Assembly (NCBI GenBank): GCA_963716985.1
Contig: OY970323.1
Span: 384,001-448,000 of the forward strand
Direction: 5' to 3'
DNA length: 64,000 bases
From: an uncultured bacterium
Lineage (GTDB): Bacteria > Chlamydiota > Chlamydiia > Chlamydiales > SM23-39
The notes below the pieces were generated by a model. The model was given only the letters and a program-made list of their open reading frames with translations, ran no database searches and had not been told where the DNA came from. Shown in pieces: positions 59,101-64,000 of the stretch (within the stretch, counting starts at the first letter, position 1; each line of letters starts with the position of its first letter). Both the position numbers and the translations under genes were made by a program.

Positions 59101-59316
59101 GATTTCTCCTTTGTCAATGGAAAAATCTTTCCAGTTGATAATGCTCTTGTCTGAGGCATGGATCTCCAAGAGCTGATTTTTCGAAGAGACAATATCCACC
59201 TGCCCGGCGATGATTTCGGGACAAGAGGGATTTGACCAAAGAGATAGGCCAAAAAAAACAGAGGTGAAAAAAAGAGTAAAAAAACGCATTGCATCCCCGG
59301 AATTCTTCTCTTTCAT
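56101..59316 (-). CDS. TpsA filamentous haemagglutinin-like exoprotein
   Basis: INWKDFSI..GE, VLNRVTG, ANGKV.LINQNG, GGFVEVS, LFLDP; start may be MRFF at 59289. Confidence 0.9.
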   Translation of the reverse strand: MKEKNSGDAMRFFTLFFTSVFFGLSLWSNPSCPEIIAGQVDIVSSKNQLLEIHASDKSIINWKDFSIDKGEITRFLQQNTTSSVLNRVTGYSPSLIQGVLEANGKVLLINQNGILISKEGCVQTSGFIASTLDILNQDFLKGANLFFQDGGQSKEIVNLGTIRALEGDVALFATRIRNEGVIEAKNGVAQTAAGYRILLQPDKEEGLFIQPLLDKPLLDVGVENLGTIEAKNVFLGAQGSAYSLAMNQSGIVEANGMANENGKIFLVALDGRIENRGTLHSPGGHITVAGDPISLKNDSSIDASSPFNGGEVIIGLAPRDQTDSSPANPKQIEMEERAQISVSSLERGNGGKVILFADDSMNFQGKIEAKGGNQEGDGGFVEVSSKKAFVFHGKVDTSSSHGKTGMLFLDPPDIDITATPPTFPAFIYPPYTYQPSGVGTANLLNTDLEAALALNNVIVDAVNGAGGGTGEIRVQAPVTWSTTHSLTLYGNVMNIVEGGPITGSGDLILTTLAGPLGISDLVDIAGNITASVNGQIFLIGKGFLKSHHTLTLANTLSYLFISSIPGGTTPALFGSDALNITTQDFFFESTAANNNYFSMSSDHLVNISANNINLEESGGGALTGQCLIGNTSTSSHPNVILNCNTLSFFANGAADLASIQANNLTINAQTINVTATSGQSIIQVDSLMNVDATTGITFNANQGGTALITINPGSSSLSTLTTAGPLLMQTDASAISQSLIEMNNAPLNITANSLVMNNNSPHGNLFIHSNSLNFAITGNANLNNNAVGGSGFASIYTTGGDLLFNAGGDVALTSQGNSPTNITSGANLTLTANNLSLFQTSLLQANGSSGALLVKAGQNIDLEGNSAIINISGSPGPVTLVVDNNFPTRPQIGPGAFLMSSKTTISATGLLKIFTARPSQNNASGTLQGHPYLSRTEVFNVYYPEADPGRFFTVFYKTPFGTPIIPPTPTNFFGIPQTLGDESDIISILEGFFFPWESSFCISYEKEKGSPLPLSKIKEHFASPSQMSALSNANNIAKWISFEKSSPFEKERKKCYRVKEKTYQKNRKVEG

Positions 59317-59364
59317 GCATTGTATGAATTTGAAAGAATATGTCTCTATTTTTTTTAGAGAAAG

Positions 59365-60408
59365 TTAAGCGAAAACAAGAGGGGAGCATTGCGCAGCGGC
59401 CGGCGGCGCTTTTGTAGTAGATGACATACGCTGAATGGCTCGTAGAAGATCGGACAGCCCCTCTGAGGATAGAGCCGATATTTCAAAGAGGGAATCTACT
59501 GCAAAAGGGTAGCGTTTTTTGAAAAGAAGACAGGCCTCTTTTGCATTTTCCATATCGATTTTGTTCAAAACAACGAGAAAGGGCTTTTCGAGGATCTCTT
59601 TTCGATAACATTCAATTTCTTGTCGAAGAAGGAGAAAATCTTCAAAGGGATCTCTTCCTTCTTGCCCGGAGATATCGACGACAAAGAGGAGAAGAGAGGT
59701 GCGCTCAATGTGTTTTAAAAAAGAAAGCCCCAAGCCTCGATCGGCGTGTGCGCCTTTGATGATCCCCGGAATATCGGCAAAGCGGAGGCGAGAAAAATCT
59801 TCAAAGGCCACCACTCCCAGATTGGGATAAAGCGTTGTGAAAGGATAGGATCCGACTTTGACTCTCATATTTGCAAGCGATGCGAGGAGGGTGGATTTGC
59901 CTGCATTCGGCATGCCAATCAAACCGACGTCGGCAATGAGCTTGAGCTCCAGTTCGATCTGCTTTTCCTCGCCATTCGTTCCTTCCGTGCAAATGTAGGG
60001 AGCCTGGTTCGTTGCGGTTTTAAAACAGGTATTTCCTCTGCCGCCGATCCCGCCCTTGCAAACGAGAAATTTTCGGTTTGGCTCGATGCATTCAAAAAGA
60101 ATTGCAGAAGTGGCTGTGTCTTTTACAATGGTGCCCAGGGGAACTTTTAAGATGATGTCTTGCCCATCGGCCCCTTTTCGATTGCTTGACGCTCCGTTTT
60201 TTCCACTTTGAGAATGAATGATTTTTTGGTTGCGGAAAGAATCCAAGGAGAGAAGCTGGGCATCTGCTTCGAGGTAGATATGGCCACCCCTCCCGCCGTC
60301 TCCTCCGGCAGGCCCACCTTTAGGAATGTATTTTTCCCGTCTCCAAGCAACGACCCCATTGCCTCCTTGGCCGGCGATGAGACTCAGTTTAATGTGATCC
60401 AGAAACAT
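59365..60408 (-). CDS. obgE: GTPase ObgE/CgtA
   Basis: GGPAGGDGGRGG, GMPNAGKST, YPFTT, DIPG, NKID. Confidence 0.96.
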   Translation of the reverse strand: MFLDHIKLSLIAGQGGNGVVAWRREKYIPKGGPAGGDGGRGGHIYLEADAQLLSLDSFRNQKIIHSQSGKNGASSNRKGADGQDIILKVPLGTIVKDTATSAILFECIEPNRKFLVCKGGIGGRGNTCFKTATNQAPYICTEGTNGEEKQIELELKLIADVGLIGMPNAGKSTLLASLANMRVKVGSYPFTTLYPNLGVVAFEDFSRLRFADIPGIIKGAHADRGLGLSFLKHIERTSLLLFVVDISGQEGRDPFEDFLLLRQEIECYRKEILEKPFLVVLNKIDMENAKEACLLFKKRYPFAVDSLFEISALSSEGLSDLLRAIQRMSSTTKAPPAAAQCSPLVFA

Positions 60409-60438
60409 AGGTCTTGCTCGAAGAAGGAGGAAATCCCT

Positions 60439-60696
60439 CTATCGATCCTCGCTGGGCAGGACGGAAACAAAGGTTTTGTTGGCTCTGCGAAAGGAAACAA
60501 TCCCATTGATCAGAGCAAAAAGAGTGTAATCTTTTCCGACGCCGACGTTTTTTAAAGGATGCCACTGGGTGCCTCGTTGACGAACGAGAATACTTCCGGC
60601 AGTGACAAATTCTCCTTGAGCGACCTTGGTTCCAAGCCGTTGTGATTGAGAATCGCGACCGTTGCGCGTGGAGCCTTGTCCTTTCTTATGAGCCAT
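60439..60696 (-). CDS. rpmA: 50S ribosomal protein L27
   Basis: [16 protein letters not shown]. Confidence 0.98.
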   Translation of the reverse strand: MAHKKGQGSTRNGRDSQSQRLGTKVAQGEFVTAGSILVRQRGTQWHPLKNVGVGKDYTLFALINGIVSFRRANKTFVSVLPSEDR

Positions 60697-60711
60697 TCTA
60701 TCCTCTTGATT

Positions 60712-61026
60712 TTAAGCTTTTTTGATATCGGTAATTGTGACTTTCGAATACTTTTGTCTGTGTCCTACCGTCCTTCGATAGTTTTTGCGCTTTTTGTATT
60801 TGTAGGCAATGACTTTTTCCCCTTTAACTTCTCCGAGAAGCTCGCCTAATACCGTGCATCCCGCAACATAGGGACCTCCTACTAGAGTTTGATCTTCCTG
60901 GTTCAAAAGAAGCACATGGTCAAATGATACTTGGTTGCTTGCCTGGGCCTCGACAAGTTCAATTGTGATCGTGTCGCCTTTTTGCACGCGGTATTGTTTC
61001 CCGCCAGTTTCGATGATCGCGTACAT
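60712..61026 (-). CDS. rplU: 50S ribosomal protein L21
   Basis: MYAIIETGGKQYRV, GHRQ. Confidence 0.98.
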   Translation of the reverse strand: MYAIIETGGKQYRVQKGDTITIELVEAQASNQVSFDHVLLLNQEDQTLVGGPYVAGCTVLGELLGEVKGEKVIAYKYKKRKNYRRTVGHRQKYSKVTITDIKKA

Positions 61027-61124
61027 TATCGTCCTCCAAGACGTCGAATTTTGGATACCGATCTTACGATAACTTGCCCTGTTTTGTCAACTTTAAAAGG
61101 GGAGTTTTTTAAAGAAAAATTTTC

Positions 61125-62399
61125 TTAACAAGGGGGTAGTTTTTCAAAATGAGTGTGCACTTTGTTTTTCCGGGTGTTGTGAAAAAGAAGGATGATCAGC
61201 ACGCCGAGAGAGGAAAGGATGCCGAGAATGACAAATCCCGTGCGGAAGCTTCCCGTGAGGTCAACGAGCCATCCTGTGATCGCCGGAGAGACGATGCCGG
61301 CGATGGAGAAGACAGTCGATGTGATCCCCTGCGCGGCCCCTGCCTGGCTTTTCGCAACTTCGATATTGACATGGAAAAAAATGGCAAGCGGAAGAAAGCC
61401 AAAACCTACCCCCAGGCTCAAAAGAATGAGGGTGGTGGAGAGAGAATGGTTGGTGCTCAAGAGAAGAAAACAGATTGCCGTCAGAAGCTGGCTCACCCAG
61501 ATGACGTGGGAATGGGAGACGCGATAGCTTTTGGTTCTTTTGTAGAGCCAATCGGAGAGAAATCCTCCCAAGGGCAAAAAGAAAGAGGCGGCCAGCCAGG
61601 GAAGGGTCAAATACCACCCGATGCTCTTGAGGTTGAGCTGAAATTGAAAGGATAGATAGCCGGGAAGCCAGAGAGTGGCGAAAAAGACCATATAGCCAAA
61701 GGCAAAATAGGAAAGATTGCTGGCAATGAGAGTGGGATGGGTGAGAAGAAAACGCCAATTCGCAGTGGTTTTTTTCATTGGATGTCTTTTCTCTTCTTCT
61801 TCGCACGTGGTTTCTACGACGGGCATGCGAAAAATAGCATACCAGAGAATGGCCCAAAAGATTCCAATCGAGCTGATGATGATAAACATCCAGCGCCAGC
61901 CAAAATCGGTTGATAAATAGGAGATCAAAGGGGCTCCAACGACGCTGGATACCGGGATAGCGGCAAGCCCGAACGAAAGGGCTTTTGCTCTTGCTTCCGG
62001 AGGAAGTAGATGGTTGATGGTACAGGAAACCGCAGGGTAGTGAGGCCCTTCGGCAACCCCCAAAAGAAAGCGCAAAATGACGAAGCTCCACAGTCCTGTA
62101 GCAACACTTAAAAGACCTAAACAGGTGGACCATGCGATAGCTGAGATGGGCCAGGAAATGCGGGAGCCATATTTGTCCACAATCCATCCTCCCATGCCGG
62201 AGAGAAGGAGGTATCCGATGCCAAAAGAAGAGAGGATCATGCCGAATTGGGTATCGGTGAAGTGAAATTCTTTTTTTAAAGGCTCGATGATGAAGGAGAT
62301 GGCCGTGCGGTCGATAAAATTAACAAGAGTGATGGCGAAAATTAAGCTGACGATAAACCATGGATAAAAAGAAGATTTTTTTTCATTCATAAAAAACAA
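61125..62399 (-). CDS. MFS transporter (anion:cation symporter-like)
   Basis: NFIDR, GWIVDKYGSR, RFLLGVAEG; about 12 TM segments. Confidence 0.88.
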   Translation of the reverse strand: MFFMNEKKSSFYPWFIVSLIFAITLVNFIDRTAISFIIEPLKKEFHFTDTQFGMILSSFGIGYLLLSGMGGWIVDKYGSRISWPISAIAWSTCLGLLSVATGLWSFVILRFLLGVAEGPHYPAVSCTINHLLPPEARAKALSFGLAAIPVSSVVGAPLISYLSTDFGWRWMFIIISSIGIFWAILWYAIFRMPVVETTCEEEEKRHPMKKTTANWRFLLTHPTLIASNLSYFAFGYMVFFATLWLPGYLSFQFQLNLKSIGWYLTLPWLAASFFLPLGGFLSDWLYKRTKSYRVSHSHVIWVSQLLTAICFLLLSTNHSLSTTLILLSLGVGFGFLPLAIFFHVNIEVAKSQAGAAQGITSTVFSIAGIVSPAITGWLVDLTGSFRTGFVILGILSSLGVLIILLFHNTRKNKVHTHFEKLPPC

Positions 62400-62463
62400 A
62401 GGCTCTTTGAAGGGAAAATTATCATTTTTTTGATTGCCTGTCTATGAGAATTGCCGGGAGTTT

Positions 62464-63705
62464 TTAAGAGAACGAACATTCCCAAAGAGTTGATAATGGA
62501 ATCGCAATGCGATTTTTTTGAAAAGCAACGACTTCTTTGCCGGGATAAAGAATAATGCCTCGAATCATTTTATCTCCCATCTCGTCGCCTAAAATATTCA
62601 ATCCTTTCCAATCCTCTGCAGAGATTGTTTCCGATGATTTCACCTCGATGCCAACAATTTGTCCGGCGCGATTTTCTAAAACAATATCTACTTCAGCCCC
62701 TGTTTGCGTGCGATAATGATAAAGTTCAATGGGTTGGAGGGCCCAGGTGGAAAGCTTTTTTAATTCGAGAAAAACAAAATTCTCCAAAATAGATCCTAGC
62801 AATCTTCCGTTTTCTAATAAGAGATCGTTCCCAACCCTGAGTTGGTTCATTAATAATCCCGTGTCTCCAAAATAAAGCTTGGGCATCTTAATTAAACGTT
62901 TTGTTCGATTCAGATGCCAGGCAGGTTGCCGTATGATCAGAAAGAGAGATTCTAAAAGAACCATGTAAAAATTTAACGTTGTATAAGGGATGGAGGAAAT
63001 GCGGCTCAGTTCGGACAGATTTAATAAATTTGCGCTACGGGTTGCTAAAATATTGAATAATTTAGCAATGTCCCTGGTCCGAGAAATATTTGCGATATCC
63101 TGAACATCTCTTTCTATAATTGTTGTTAACAAATTGTTATACCATCGATCGCGCATGACGGGGTCCAAAGGGAGAGCATCGGGATATCCCCCTCTGGCAA
63201 GAACTTCGATCATCTCTTTGCGATTCCAATGGGTTCCTTCAGAAAATACCGCAGCAGAATCGAATGCGAGCTCTAGAAAATGAGATTTTTTTTGTTGGAT
63301 TTCGCTCATGGAAAGCGGCCACAAATGGAGAATAAACATCCTGCCGGCTAATGAATCATTCAACTTTGGCGCTACCAGAGGATTGGCCGATCCGGTGAGG
63401 CCGAAAAAACCAGGGACTCTCTTTTGATCAACGCTTAATTTAATCGGAAGGGCGATTTGAGGAACTCGTTGCACTTCATCGATAATCACCGGCTTCGAAA
63501 GCGCTCCAATAAATCCTTCCGGGTCCTCTTGGGCCGCTGCAAGCTGTTTGAGCGTGTCGAAAGTGAGATAATCCATCCCAAGCTCTTCGCCAATGGCTTT
63601 CATTAAGGTTGTTTTTCCGCACTGACGTGGCCCAATAAGGAGCGTTACGGGACTGACCTTAAATGCTTGTAAGAGGCTGTCTTTTAGATGCCTAGCATAT
63701 ATCAT
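62464..63705 (-). CDS. AAA ATPase with C-terminal DUF4143-like nuclease-fold domain
   Basis: GPRQCGKTT, IDEVQ, LTGS, GGYP, KLYFGDTG, EVD...IEVK. Confidence 0.85.
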   Translation of the reverse strand: MIYARHLKDSLLQAFKVSPVTLLIGPRQCGKTTLMKAIGEELGMDYLTFDTLKQLAAAQEDPEGFIGALSKPVIIDEVQRVPQIALPIKLSVDQKRVPGFFGLTGSANPLVAPKLNDSLAGRMFILHLWPLSMSEIQQKKSHFLELAFDSAAVFSEGTHWNRKEMIEVLARGGYPDALPLDPVMRDRWYNNLLTTIIERDVQDIANISRTRDIAKLFNILATRSANLLNLSELSRISSIPYTTLNFYMVLLESLFLIIRQPAWHLNRTKRLIKMPKLYFGDTGLLMNQLRVGNDLLLENGRLLGSILENFVFLELKKLSTWALQPIELYHYRTQTGAEVDIVLENRAGQIVGIEVKSSETISAEDWKGLNILGDEMGDKMIRGIILYPGKEVVAFQKNRIAIPLSTLWECSFS

Positions 63706-64000
63706 GCAAAATTATCCATGTTTTAATTAAATATTATCCAAACTTTCGATAATTTTACATAAATATTGTAAGTTATTGAAAATTAATGACAAGTGGAGCT
63801 TTTTTGAGAGATGCGATAGGCCGTCAAAAAAAAGTTATCTTATAGCGGTTTCTTTTAGCAAAGTTTCGTTACCTTTTTTTCCGCTTGCCAAGCATAAATT
63901 TGGGCACGGTTTAAAGGTTCGCAGGGAAGTTTCTGCTTGGAAGCCCAAATGACCAAAATGGCCAGAGTACTGCTTGCGATTCCAAGAACGGGATCGATTT

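Noticed and set aside
61261..62187. 308-aa alternative-frame ORF inside the MFS gene
   Set aside because: Same-strand frame shadow with no motifs; the MFS frame is intact

Overview
Bacterial chromosomal window, almost certainly from an environmental member of the phylum Chlamydiae. The evidence is gene order: an sctJ-K-L-R-S-T type III secretion cluster, rpsL-rpsG-fusA-rpsJ with no tuf and divergent from tsp, and rluB/gpmA/nifU/birA/rodA. The core genes are interrupted by two accessory zones (about 9.3-17 kb and 29.4-39.9 kb) and a type V secretion cluster beside tRNA-Phe (TpsA, TpsB, a GH64-like glucanase and a 2023-aa autotransporter). The most striking feature is a 360-bp ORF-less IS200/IS605-type element (5020-5379, minus strand) that resembles a HEARO/omegaRNA scaffold. 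It sits exactly in the reconstructed ATGA stop/start overlap of sctK and sctL, at an IscB-type ATGAA motif. The accessory zones contain nested mobile DNA whose boundaries and target-site duplications (TSDs) can be read directly: an IS50-like MITE containing an IS21 containing an antisense group II intron; an IS66 shell holding two IS110s and MITEs; and a MITE within a MITE at a start codon. They also hold eukaryote-like candidate effectors (F-box, RING plus ankyrin, Inc-like proteins, a tandem paralog pair) and a duplicated, apparently catalytically degenerate ferrochelatase. All family assignments come from motif recognition by eye; no database search or RNA folding was run.
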